A stretch of 64,000 nucleotides of DNA from positions 2,112,001 through 2,176,000 of the forward strand of contig OZ242029.1 in the NCBI GenBank assembly GCA_965205015.1. The letters are read 5' to 3'. Position numbers and translations under genes: made by a program. Of this stretch, positions 17,249 to 26,464 are shown piece after piece. Each line of letters begins with the position of its first letter. Position 1 is the first letter of the stretch. Under the pieces are notes generated by a model. That model was given only the letters and a program-made list of their open reading frames with translations, searched no databases and was not told the DNA's origin. This DNA is from Candidatus Poribacteria bacterium (GTDB taxonomy: Bacteria > Poribacteria > WGA-4E > WGA-3G).

Positions 17249-20200
17249 CTACTCGACAAGGATCTGATTGAAAAGCGCACGGGTCGTCTCTGTCCATTTT
17301 CCGTAGTCCTGTAAAAATGCCTCTGCAGCGGGTGTATCGTTGCTTCCGGTGTATCCGAGACGGCGTGCCAACTGTCCCAGTTCCGCACGATTTTTTGGAA
17401 GTGCGTCCAACGCCCGATCGTGAACAATACGGAGGGCGTTCTCGACGCGTCTCAGGAATTGATACGCTTCCCCTAATCCGTCACGCTGTGCCTCCGTCAG
17501 CACTCCAATTTTGTGCAATCTCTCAATTGCGAGCGGTGTATTTTGCACACGCACAGAGGTTTCTCCACCACCATGCACCAATTGAAGGGTTTGGACAACA
17601 AATTCTATATCCACAAGTCCGCCGTATCCTGACTTGACATTAACTGTCGAAGTTGGCGCTTTGCCGCCCCTTCTCCGCCGAGTAGATGTTCTTCGAGTCG
17701 CTTGTGCTTCTTTCCGCTGGCGTGTATGCACAATCTTGGCGATCTCCTCAGATGTTAGAGCATCCCCATAACAGAAGGTGTGGGCGATTTCCAAAAACTG
17801 GTTGCCGAGATGTTCTATGGCTCCCGCGACAACGCGAGCACGCGTCAACGCCTGGCGTTCCCAAACCTCCGCGGTGTTATCGTAGTAATTCTGGTATCCT
17901 GCCAACGGTAGCGCAATCGCACCCCCTGTCCCGTGTGGACGGAGCCGTAGATCGACTTCATAGATGCTCACCCCGTTTCCAGCAAGTCGGTTTACTAACT
18001 CCAAACCAACGGCTGAGAAGTATTGCACATTCGGCATGCCTTTTGTCGTCTCACCATCTGCCGAGTAGACGTACATAACGTCTAAATCCGAACTGAAATT
18101 CAATTCACGTCCACCGAATTTACCCATTGCAATGATCGCGAACGTTACCGGTGTTCCATCGGGAGCAAGTGGCGTGCCGTGTGCCTCGCGGAGTTCCGCC
18201 TCGATTTCTGGATGAATGGCTTGCAAAGTGGCTTCGGCTAAATCAGAGAGCTCTTGTGTCGTATCCGGCAAGGTCGCGTTCCCAAGGATGTTCCGTAAGG
18301 CGATACGCCAAATCTCGTCATTCTTATACCGTCGCAACATAGGCAACATCCTACCTTCAGGTGCCTGCTGGACCACCTGTAACGCCTCCGTTTGTTTCTC
18401 AGCGAGTGTCTTTGAGCGTTCTATCAACGTAGGGACCGTCAGTAGATCAAAGAGTTCAGGACTTGCGATGAGCATATCTGCGAGATATAAACTCGTGCCA
18501 CAGACACGCGTAAGCACTTCGAGTGTTGAAGGTTTTTCAGCGAACATCGTGTAGTAGCTGCTTCGCGCACCCACTTTATCCGTAAATGCTGAGAGGTAAC
18601 GAAGTGCCATGTCCGGATTTGGGGAGTCACGCAAAACATTCAGGAGCGTCGGCGCGAGTTTAAAGAAAGTCCGCCGCACACCCGGTGAGAATTGAATACC
18701 ATCCCCACCGTTCGCAAGTTGTCTTAAGAGACGCTGCGCATTTCTTACGTTTTCAAAACGGAACGTGCTCAAGAAAGTCTCTAATTGTTGCGGATCCTCT
18801 TCGGAAAGTAGAACAGCGATGTCAAGTCCATCTTCAGACTGGATCGAAGTCGCAGTGATCGTCTTAAAAATAGCGCGCACTTGTTCGGTGTGAACACGAT
18901 AGTCTTCTCGAAATGTCTCCAAGGCATCCGTTTCTGCCGTGTGCTGATACCCGACGCGCTGAGCAAGTTCTCGTTCCTCAGTTTCTTTCTCTGGGACGAG
19001 GTAACGCTGCTGATCCGCCTCAATTTGGATGCAGTTCTCAACGGTGCGTAAAAACCGGTAGGCAGCCATGAGCGCGTCCGCATCCGCCACGCTGAGGAGT
19101 GTGCTCTCTTTTAATGCCGCGAGTACTTCTAAGGTATTGTGTGAACACAATGACTTTCGCTTGGCACCGTGAATCATCTGCAGGCACTGGACAGTGAATT
19201 CAATGTCACGGATACCCCCCGGACCGAGTTTTACATGTTTTTCCAGAGTCTCACCTTCACTGACGAGCCGCTCCTCTATCCGTGCTTTAGTGCGTCGGAT
19301 GTCTGCCTTAATCTCGGTGAGCGTCACGCCATCTAAGTAACGCTGATAGACAAACGGCTGAATCATGCGAATGAACTCATCGCCAAACGCCATATCCCCG
19401 GCGACAGGACGCGCTTTAATTAAAGCTTGACGTTCCCACAAGTCGCCCCACCCTTCATAGTAACTCTCGTAACTCTCCATCGAACGGATGATGACACCTG
19501 CACTACTTTCCGGACGCAAGCGGATGTCAACACGAAAGACGTAACCCTCCGGGGTGATCTCACTCATCGCCTTGATGAGAAATTCACAAAAACGTGAAAA
19601 GTACTCGCTATTGTCAGTCCCCATATCGGTCCGTGCATCATCCGAATACACAAAAATAAGGTCAATGTCGGAACTGAAGTTGAGTTCATAGCCACCTAAC
19701 TTTCCCATCCCGATGATAGCGAAACGACACGGGGCAGTGCCTTCTTCATTGAGCGGTGTCCCGAACTTCGGTTTCATGATCTGATCGCGCCCGATTTCGT
19801 AGCAGTGTTGCAGCGCAGCTTCTGCCAAATTGCTCAATTCTAACGTCGTTGTCTCAACATTTGCCACCTTAAGCAGATCGCGCAGTCCGATACGGAGCGT
19901 TTCCCGGCGTTTGTATCGCCGCAAGATGCGGAGTTTCTGCTCTACCGAAGCAAACCGTGAGATGGATTGCTTAAGCTCCTGATACATCATCGCGGAGGTC
20001 TTCTGTGTCTCCATCACATCCGGATCGATAATATCATAGAAATATTCAGGCGTCCGAATGAGGATCTCGGACAAATAGGTGGACGCACCGAAACTTAAGA
20101 GGACGGGACGTATGAGAGGCTGCGCATCTCGCAGCAGATGATAGAGCGATTTGCGATTAAACGATGCCGCTGCAAAACGTGAAAAACGATTTAAAGCGGC

Positions 20201-20416
20201 TTCGGGGTTGGGTGAGTCTATAGCGGCTTTCAACAAGGGGATGACGAGGTCGGCGAAGCATGTTTGAAGGTCTGTGTCGTCGGTGGTGAGTTCTTGAAGG
20301 CTTCGCACTATAGATTCGTTATCTACACCACCGGCTCTATCGGCAGCGTTGGATAAAATCCGGTGAATTTCTTCTCTCTGATGTTGTGGGAGCGACAATT
20401 CTGTGTAATCTATCAT
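17249..20416 (-). CDS. glnE: Bifunctional glutamine synthetase adenylyltransferase/adenylyl-removing enzyme
   Basis: Two nucleotidyltransferase halves: GMGKLGGYELNFSSDIDL and AMGKFGGRELNFSSDLDV; WERQAL twice; GGIRDIEF and GGLVDIEF. Confidence 0.96.
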   Translation of the reverse strand: MIDYTELSLPQHQREEIHRILSNAADRAGGVDNESIVRSLQELTTDDTDLQTCFADLVIPLLKAAIDSPNPEAALNRFSRFAAASFNRKSLYHLLRDAQPLIRPVLLSFGASTYLSEILIRTPEYFYDIIDPDVMETQKTSAMMYQELKQSISRFASVEQKLRILRRYKRRETLRIGLRDLLKVANVETTTLELSNLAEAALQHCYEIGRDQIMKPKFGTPLNEEGTAPCRFAIIGMGKLGGYELNFSSDIDLIFVYSDDARTDMGTDNSEYFSRFCEFLIKAMSEITPEGYVFRVDIRLRPESSAGVIIRSMESYESYYEGWGDLWERQALIKARPVAGDMAFGDEFIRMIQPFVYQRYLDGVTLTEIKADIRRTKARIEERLVSEGETLEKHVKLGPGGIRDIEFTVQCLQMIHGAKRKSLCSHNTLEVLAALKESTLLSVADADALMAAYRFLRTVENCIQIEADQQRYLVPEKETEERELAQRVGYQHTAETDALETFREDYRVHTEQVRAIFKTITATSIQSEDGLDIAVLLSEEDPQQLETFLSTFRFENVRNAQRLLRQLANGGDGIQFSPGVRRTFFKLAPTLLNVLRDSPNPDMALRYLSAFTDKVGARSSYYTMFAEKPSTLEVLTRVCGTSLYLADMLIASPELFDLLTVPTLIERSKTLAEKQTEALQVVQQAPEGRMLPMLRRYKNDEIWRIALRNILGNATLPDTTQELSDLAEATLQAIHPEIEAELREAHGTPLAPDGTPVTFAIIAMGKFGGRELNFSSDLDVMYVYSADGETTKGMPNVQYFSAVGLELVNRLAGNGVSIYEVDLRLRPHGTGGAIALPLAGYQNYYDNTAEVWERQALTRARVVAGAIEHLGNQFLEIAHTFCYGDALTSEEIAKIVHTRQRKEAQATRRTSTRRRRGGKAPTSTVNVKSGYGGLVDIEFVVQTLQLVHGGGETSVRVQNTPLAIERLHKIGVLTEAQRDGLGEAYQFLRRVENALRIVHDRALDALPKNRAELGQLARRLGYTGSNDTPAAEAFLQDYGKWTETTRALFNQILVE

Positions 20417-20626
20417 TTTCTTTCTCCTCTCTATGCAGTGCTACGATTAATCTTATTTTCGCATATTTTTCCGCCTATTGCAAACCAATTTCTCAAGCAT
20501 TACGGACATTCATCTCTCCTGTACGAGGGAACTCCGATTCCTGACTGACTGCCACTAAAATCGTGCTTGCTATTAACATTACGCTGTGCTAACATATCAG
20601 AAAAGTTTCAAAGGAGACATATAACC

Positions 20627-21499
20627 ATGTTTAAACTCGGCGTTATCAACGACGAAGTTTCACAAGACTTCGCCACCGTTGTCAATTTTGTAAAAGAATT
20701 CAACCTACACTCCATCGAAATTCGCTCTGTCTGGGACAAACTCCCGCATGAACTCACCGATACCGACATCGACGAGATGAAACGCTTACTCGACGGCACC
20801 GACATCGAGATTATCGGAGTCGCATCCCCGTTCTTCAAATGCGATATGGACGATGCCGCGGAACGCAAAGAGCATCTTGATATACTCAAGGGGTCCATAC
20901 GGACGGCAAAGGCGTTTGATGCCAATCTCATCCGAACCTTCGTCTTCTGGGACACCGGTGAAACTGAGGAACGGTGGGACGAGATTATCGCCGCCTACGA
21001 TGAACCGCGCAGAATGATAGACGGCGAAGGCATTGTCCTCGGCATGGAAAACGAATCCACGACCTCGCTCCGGACCGCTAAACTTACAGCGGAATTTATC
21101 GAACAAATTGATTCTCCGAACATCCGCGGTATCTGGGATCCTGCCAATGAAGCGCACGCAAAAGGTGGCGAAACCCCGTATCCCGATGCCTACAACCGTA
21201 TGAAACCGACGATGATTCACGCACATCTCAAGGACGCAGGTCCAAACCCCGATACGGGTGAAATAGAATCTGTTCCCGTCGGCGAGGGTATCATTGACTG
21301 GCAAGGGCAACTGCAAGCCCTCATTGACGACGGCTACGAAGGACATCTCTGCCTTGAGACGCATTGGCGACCCTCACTGAAAATTGACGAAGCCATCCTC
21401 AACCGTCCAGCAGGTCAAGCATTTTCCGAAGCCGGTGAGGAAGCCTCACGCATCTGTACCCAAAACTTACTGGCGATGATCGAAAACTTAAAACAGTAG
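20627..21499 (+). CDS. Sugar phosphate isomerase/epimerase (xylose-isomerase-like TIM barrel)
   Basis: AAGGAG SD before ATG 20627; GMENE, WDPAN, HLKD, LETH metal ligands. Confidence 0.85.
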   Translation: MFKLGVINDEVSQDFATVVNFVKEFNLHSIEIRSVWDKLPHELTDTDIDEMKRLLDGTDIEIIGVASPFFKCDMDDAAERKEHLDILKGSIRTAKAFDANLIRTFVFWDTGETEERWDEIIAAYDEPRRMIDGEGIVLGMENESTTSLRTAKLTAEFIEQIDSPNIRGIWDPANEAHAKGGETPYPDAYNRMKPTMIHAHLKDAGPNPDTGEIESVPVGEGIIDWQGQLQALIDDGYEGHLCLETHWRPSLKIDEAILNRPAGQAFSEAGEEASRICTQNLLAMIENLKQ

Positions 21500-21509
21500 G
21501 CGATATCCA

Positions 21510-22595
21510 ATGAAAATCAAAGCAGTTCGGACATCCCTTTACGACATCCCACCCGAAGTTGAACGCGTCGATGCCATTCAAACTTTCGTCTCTATGGAAT
21601 TTCCCTTCATCGAGATTGAAGACGCGGATGGTGTTGTAGGAACCGGTTTCTCTTACACGATCGGCAAGGGTGGAGAAGCGATTAAGCAGACGATGGATGC
21701 CTACCTCACACCTATCCTCCTTGAAGAGGATGCCTCCAACATCGACCGGATTTGGAATCGGATGTGGATGGAGACACACTGGGTTGGCAGAGGTGGCATC
21801 GTTGGTTTAGGTATGGCAGCGGTAGACATCGCCCTCTGGGATCTCATGGCAAAGCGCGCAGGCGTGCCGCTCTACCAACTCCTCGGTGGCGCAAGATCCG
21901 CTGTCCCCGTTTACAATACAGATGGCGGGTGGCTACACCTTTCCGAGGCGGAACTCGTTAGGCAATCCGTGGAATTTGTGGAGCAAGGCTTCAAAGGTAT
22001 CAAGATTAAGGTCGGACGAGACAGTCTCCACGAAGACGTGGCACGCATCTTCGCTGTCAGAAAAGCGATTGGGCAGGACCCGTATCTCATGATTGATGCC
22101 AATATGAAGTGGAACGCCCGAGAAGCCATTCAACTCGCCTGTCGTGTTGAAGACGCAGACCTCTTCTGGTTTGAGGAACCGATCGAAGCAGACGATGTGG
22201 CCAGTCATGTCACACTGCGCGAGAAAACGACGATTCCGATCGCTATTGGTGAGACGATTTATAATAAATACGTCTTTAAAGAATACATTGCACAGGGCGC
22301 GGCGGATATTATACAAGCTGACGCTGTCCGCGTCGGTGGTATCTCTGAATGGATGAAGGTTGCACACATGGCGGAATGCTTTGGGCTCTCCGTTTCACCA
22401 CACTTCCTGATGGATTTACACGTTCATCTCTCTGCTGCTGTGCCGCACTCGCTTTTTGTTGAATATATTCCTTCACTTGACCCGGTCCTTGACGATACCT
22501 TAACACTCAGAGACGGACACTTTTCGCCGCCTGAACGTCCGGGGCACGGCATTCTGTTCAACAAACAGAAACTCGCACCCTATCAAATATTTTAA
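21510..22595 (+). CDS. Mandelate racemase/muconate lactonizing enzyme family protein (enolase superfamily)
   Basis: AAVDIALWDL, KIKVG, MIDAN, WFEEP, IGE, GGISEW. Confidence 0.92.
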   Translation: MKIKAVRTSLYDIPPEVERVDAIQTFVSMEFPFIEIEDADGVVGTGFSYTIGKGGEAIKQTMDAYLTPILLEEDASNIDRIWNRMWMETHWVGRGGIVGLGMAAVDIALWDLMAKRAGVPLYQLLGGARSAVPVYNTDGGWLHLSEAELVRQSVEFVEQGFKGIKIKVGRDSLHEDVARIFAVRKAIGQDPYLMIDANMKWNAREAIQLACRVEDADLFWFEEPIEADDVASHVTLREKTTIPIAIGETIYNKYVFKEYIAQGAADIIQADAVRVGGISEWMKVAHMAECFGLSVSPHFLMDLHVHLSAAVPHSLFVEYIPSLDPVLDDTLTLRDGHFSPPERPGHGILFNKQKLAPYQIF

Positions 22596-22874
22596 GCTTT
22601 CCTTGCGGTTAAACAACGCGGGTTTGAACTTTGGTGTCCCTTTCTTAAAATCCGCCCTCCATTTCATTACGGACTGCGGTTTTGATGGCATGAATGCCTT
22701 GGATTTGCTATGATTAGATTAACAAAGACGGCAGCCTGCAACAATACGCAGAAACACCCCGCTGAATGCCACACGCGCATTCAGCGTTGATTCGCAAAAA
22801 CACGCAGGCGGATTTGAGTAGAACCCTTTGATAAACCAATCACCTGATTTAACGTCTTGCGAGTAATTAAAAAT

Positions 22875-23585
22875 ATGAAACTTGAAAACCGTATCGCGAT
22901 TATCACAGGCGGCGGACGCGGCATCGGTCGCTCAACCGCCTTAGCGTTTGCCAGAGAAGGCGCAGACATCGTCCTTGCCGCGCGGACTGACACCGAGATA
23001 ACCGCTGTCGCCGAAGAAGTGAAACAACTCGGCAGACGTGCGCGCGCCATCAAAACCGATATCCAATTGAAAGCGGATGTTGATGCCATGGTCGCCCAAA
23101 CACTTGACACCTTCGGTAAGGTAGATATCCTTGTCAACAACGCGGGTGTCGCAATCCACAACCCCATTCCGAAGATCCGAGAAGAAGATTGGGACCTGAC
23201 GATGGCAGTCAATCTCAAAGGCGTATTCCTCGGCACACAAGCCGTTTTCAGCCACATGTGCGAGCAGAAGTACGGACACATCGTCAATGTCTCCTCAGTC
23301 TCCGGCAAATCTGGGCACGTCAACGGCGGCGCGTATTGTGCCTCTAAATTCGCCGTTGTTGGATTCACCGAGACAACGAACAATGAGGGCAGACCCCACG
23401 GTGTAAAAGCCTCAGTCGTCTGTCCCGGTCCTGTCGATACCAAGATGCGCCGTGATAACCATCCAGACGATGTGATTGAACATCTCACACTCCCAGAGGA
23501 TGTCGCAGATCTCATCCTATTTCTGGTGACGCAGCCACCCCGCGCACACACGCTTGAAACCGTTATCCGAACGCCCTTGATGTAA
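22875..23585 (+). CDS. SDR family oxidoreductase
   Basis: TGGGRGIG, NNAG, SS, YCASK. Confidence 0.93.
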   Translation: MKLENRIAIITGGGRGIGRSTALAFAREGADIVLAARTDTEITAVAEEVKQLGRRARAIKTDIQLKADVDAMVAQTLDTFGKVDILVNNAGVAIHNPIPKIREEDWDLTMAVNLKGVFLGTQAVFSHMCEQKYGHIVNVSSVSGKSGHVNGGAYCASKFAVVGFTETTNNEGRPHGVKASVVCPGPVDTKMRRDNHPDDVIEHLTLPEDVADLILFLVTQPPRAHTLETVIRTPLM

Positions 23586-23591
23586 ATTTGT

Positions 23592-24353
23592 ATGTTTATT
23601 GACTCACACGCACACATCCAACTTTCCCAATTTGACCGGGATCGCGACGCACTACTAAAACGCGCCCACGACGCCTCAGTCTCCCATGTTCTTGTTATAG
23701 GGTTTGACAGGGAGACCAGCCTCGGGGCTGTAGAATTGGCGGAGCAACACACGCATATCTATGCCACCGTCGGGATGCATCCGCACGACGCAAAAGATCT
23801 GACTCCCGATGTGCTAAAGACTTTCCGCGAACTCGCCACACACCCGAAGGTGATCGCACTCGGTGAAATGGGGTTAGACTATTACCGCAACCTCTCGCCG
23901 CGTCCAGTTCAAAAAGATGCGTTTGAAAAACAGTTGGACCTCGCCGAGGAGATGCAAATGCCCATTGTCATCCACAATCGCGATGCCTACATGGACATTC
24001 TCCCCATTCTGGAAGTACGGCAAGGAAAAATCCAAGGTGTATTGCACTGCTTTACCGGCGATGTCGGATTAATGCACAGGAGTCTTGACATCGGTTTTCA
24101 CATCGGTATCGGAGGGATTGTAACATACCCGAATGCCAAAGAGGTCCAAGCAGTCGCACGGGAGGTGCCTGCAGATAAACTGTTGATAGAAACCGATTGT
24201 CCGTGGCTGACACCGCAATTTCGCCGCGGCAAACGGAATGAACCGGCTTATGTCCGTGCTGTAGCAGAAAAGATTGCCGAACTTCGCGGTGCCACTATAG
24301 AAACAATCGGTGAAATAACAACCCAAAATTTTCACAAACTTTTTAGATGTTAG
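23592..24353 (+). CDS. tatD: TatD family hydrolase (DNase)
   Basis: DSHAH, GMHPH, GEMGLDY, IHNRDA, LHCF, ETDCP, RNEP. Confidence 0.92.
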   Translation: MFIDSHAHIQLSQFDRDRDALLKRAHDASVSHVLVIGFDRETSLGAVELAEQHTHIYATVGMHPHDAKDLTPDVLKTFRELATHPKVIALGEMGLDYYRNLSPRPVQKDAFEKQLDLAEEMQMPIVIHNRDAYMDILPILEVRQGKIQGVLHCFTGDVGLMHRSLDIGFHIGIGGIVTYPNAKEVQAVAREVPADKLLIETDCPWLTPQFRRGKRNEPAYVRAVAEKIAELRGATIETIGEITTQNFHKLFRC

Positions 24354-24389
24354 CGACAAACTATAGCTTCCGCTACTGGAGACGTTGCC

Positions 24390-25214
24390 ATGAAACGAAA
24401 TAACCGGTTATTGATCGCAAAGCACACATTACACAAAGCGGTCCCCATTCTTTGTTTCCTACTTTTTTGTCTTCCACTGACAGTGTTTTTCGGTTGTGGT
24501 GCTATAAGTGCGGTAAAGGCTCCCTTTGAAATGGCGGGATTCATGAAGGGGATGGTAGCACAACTTGGAGAACGAGAGGCGTTCTTGATAGAATCTGCGG
24601 AAAAGCCTTTAACGGAAAACCAAGAAAAACTCTTAACGCAACTTCTCGAAGAAAAGGAGGGTTTGGATATGGTTTTGTCGAGTCAACCGTATTTGACATA
24701 TCTTGAAGAGCAGGACGGCACAGCCTATAAGGATTATCCGACTTATCTTGCCGAGGTTCCCACCACTGAACAGAAATCGACCACCCTATTGATGCTTAAA
24801 GAGATTCTTCCACCAGAGGCAACGGATACGCAAATCCAAATCTGTACAGATTTCTATTTTGAATTCTGTGAACTGATCGTGAATGAACCGGACATTACCT
24901 CCGATTCCGAGGAGATGGAAGCATTCATGAAGATACACCTGATTGATCCGTTAATGGATACGTATTCATCAAAAATGTCCACTTCCGATGCGATTAAAGT
25001 CATGAAGATGGGTGCGGTACCGAGTGGTATGGCGCCGCTGGATACAGAGGTATTTCGTAAAATCTGGCTTAAGCAGCTGAAAGCTTACGGTTCTCGGGAA
25101 GGTCTTCTACGCTGTGCGATCTCGACCCCTGACGAATTTGCCCTCATCCGTTCGTTTTTTGAGGACGCTGCCGCCCTTGAAAAATGGATTCGGCTCCCAC
25201 CTAAACAGGAGTGA
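24390..25214 (+). CDS. Hypothetical exported protein or lipoprotein
   Basis: GGAG SD, hydrophobic N-terminus ending FFGC, helical acidic body. Confidence 0.6.
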   Translation: MKRNNRLLIAKHTLHKAVPILCFLLFCLPLTVFFGCGAISAVKAPFEMAGFMKGMVAQLGEREAFLIESAEKPLTENQEKLLTQLLEEKEGLDMVLSSQPYLTYLEEQDGTAYKDYPTYLAEVPTTEQKSTTLLMLKEILPPEATDTQIQICTDFYFEFCELIVNEPDITSDSEEMEAFMKIHLIDPLMDTYSSKMSTSDAIKVMKMGAVPSGMAPLDTEVFRKIWLKQLKAYGSREGLLRCAISTPDEFALIRSFFEDAAALEKWIRLPPKQE

Positions 25215-25224
25215 TTCCTGATAT

Positions 25225-26340
25225 ATGAAGCGTCTGAATCTCCGTATGTATGCGATGGTGCTTGCCCTCGTCTGTGTTTGGGTGATTTTCACACTCCTGA
25301 CCGGCGGCACCTTCCTCAGCACTCGGAACCTGTCCAACCTTTCTCGCCAAGCCGCGGTCACCGCCATCCTTGCCGTTGGCATGACCTTGGTCATCGTTTC
25401 TGCGAATATTGATCTCTCTGTCGGCTACGGTGCCGGATTGCTCGGTGCCATTGCAGCGATTGTACACGTCTGGTGGGGACAACCGATCCTCGTGACGCTC
25501 ATCGCTGTCTTAGGTATCGGGATTCTGATGGGGGTGATGCAAGGTTACCTTGTGGCGTATCAGCGAATCCCAGCGTTTATCGTCACATTAGGTGGATTTT
25601 TGGCATATCGCGGCTTGATGTTAGCGTTTACCAAAGGTGAGACCATCCTACTCCCAGACAATTGGCTCAAAGCCATCGGGAACGCCTATCTCTCGTCAGC
25701 ACTCGGATGGGGACTCATGGCCGTTGGATTAGGGGTCAACGGCTACCGCTTTTACCGGCAGCGAACCGCCCAGCGCCAATACAGTCCTGAGCAAACATCC
25801 TTGCGAACTTTCCTATTGAAGGTCATTGGAACATCTGCACTCATTGTAGTGTTCATCTCCGTGATGAATGCTCACAAAGGAATTCCCTTTCCAGTTTGCA
25901 TTCTATTTGGATTAGCGTTCATATTCCATTTTATCGCGAACCATACCCGTTTCGGGCGTTATGTGTATGCAGTCGGTGGAAACGCCGAAGCGGCGTATCT
26001 CTCCGGGATCAACGTCCGCGGGATTACGCTACGGGTGTTTGCAACCATGGGAGCGTTAATGGCGATCGCTGGCGTTGTTATGACGGCACGGGTCGGGAGT
26101 GCCAGTCCAGAAGCCGGACGCCTGTTGGAATTAGATGCCATTGCTGCGTGTGTTATCGGCGGTGCCAGTTTAATGGGCGGACGCGGGAGCATCTTCGGGG
26201 CAATTTTAGGCGCGTTCGTCATGGAAAGCCTCAACAACGGAATGAGCATGGCGAACATGGATGCCTCGTGGCAAGACATAATCAAAGGGATTGTGCTCGT
26301 CGCTGCCGTCGGATTTGATATGGCATCCCGGCGGCGATGA
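25225..26340 (+). CDS. Monosaccharide ABC transporter permease (XylH/GguB-like)
   Basis: GMTLVIVSANIDLSVG, IPAFIVTLG, GRYVYAVGGN, ELDAIAACVIGG. Confidence 0.92.
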   Translation: MKRLNLRMYAMVLALVCVWVIFTLLTGGTFLSTRNLSNLSRQAAVTAILAVGMTLVIVSANIDLSVGYGAGLLGAIAAIVHVWWGQPILVTLIAVLGIGILMGVMQGYLVAYQRIPAFIVTLGGFLAYRGLMLAFTKGETILLPDNWLKAIGNAYLSSALGWGLMAVGLGVNGYRFYRQRTAQRQYSPEQTSLRTFLLKVIGTSALIVVFISVMNAHKGIPFPVCILFGLAFIFHFIANHTRFGRYVYAVGGNAEAAYLSGINVRGITLRVFATMGALMAIAGVVMTARVGSASPEAGRLLELDAIAACVIGGASLMGGRGSIFGAILGAFVMESLNNGMSMANMDASWQDIIKGIVLVAAVGFDMASRRR

Positions 26341-26464
26341 CAGTTTTCCTGCCACAAGCATCGTCCACGAAATTTCGCTATTCACAAAAAATTTAAACCT
26401 TTTTCCCAAAAAATCCCCTCTTTAAATCAAATCTAATTGGGCAAATCTTACTGGGAATTTATCC

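Noticed and set aside
22781-23752. 323-aa minus-strand ORF
   Set aside because: Antisense shadow of the SDR and TatD genes, with no motifs of its own.
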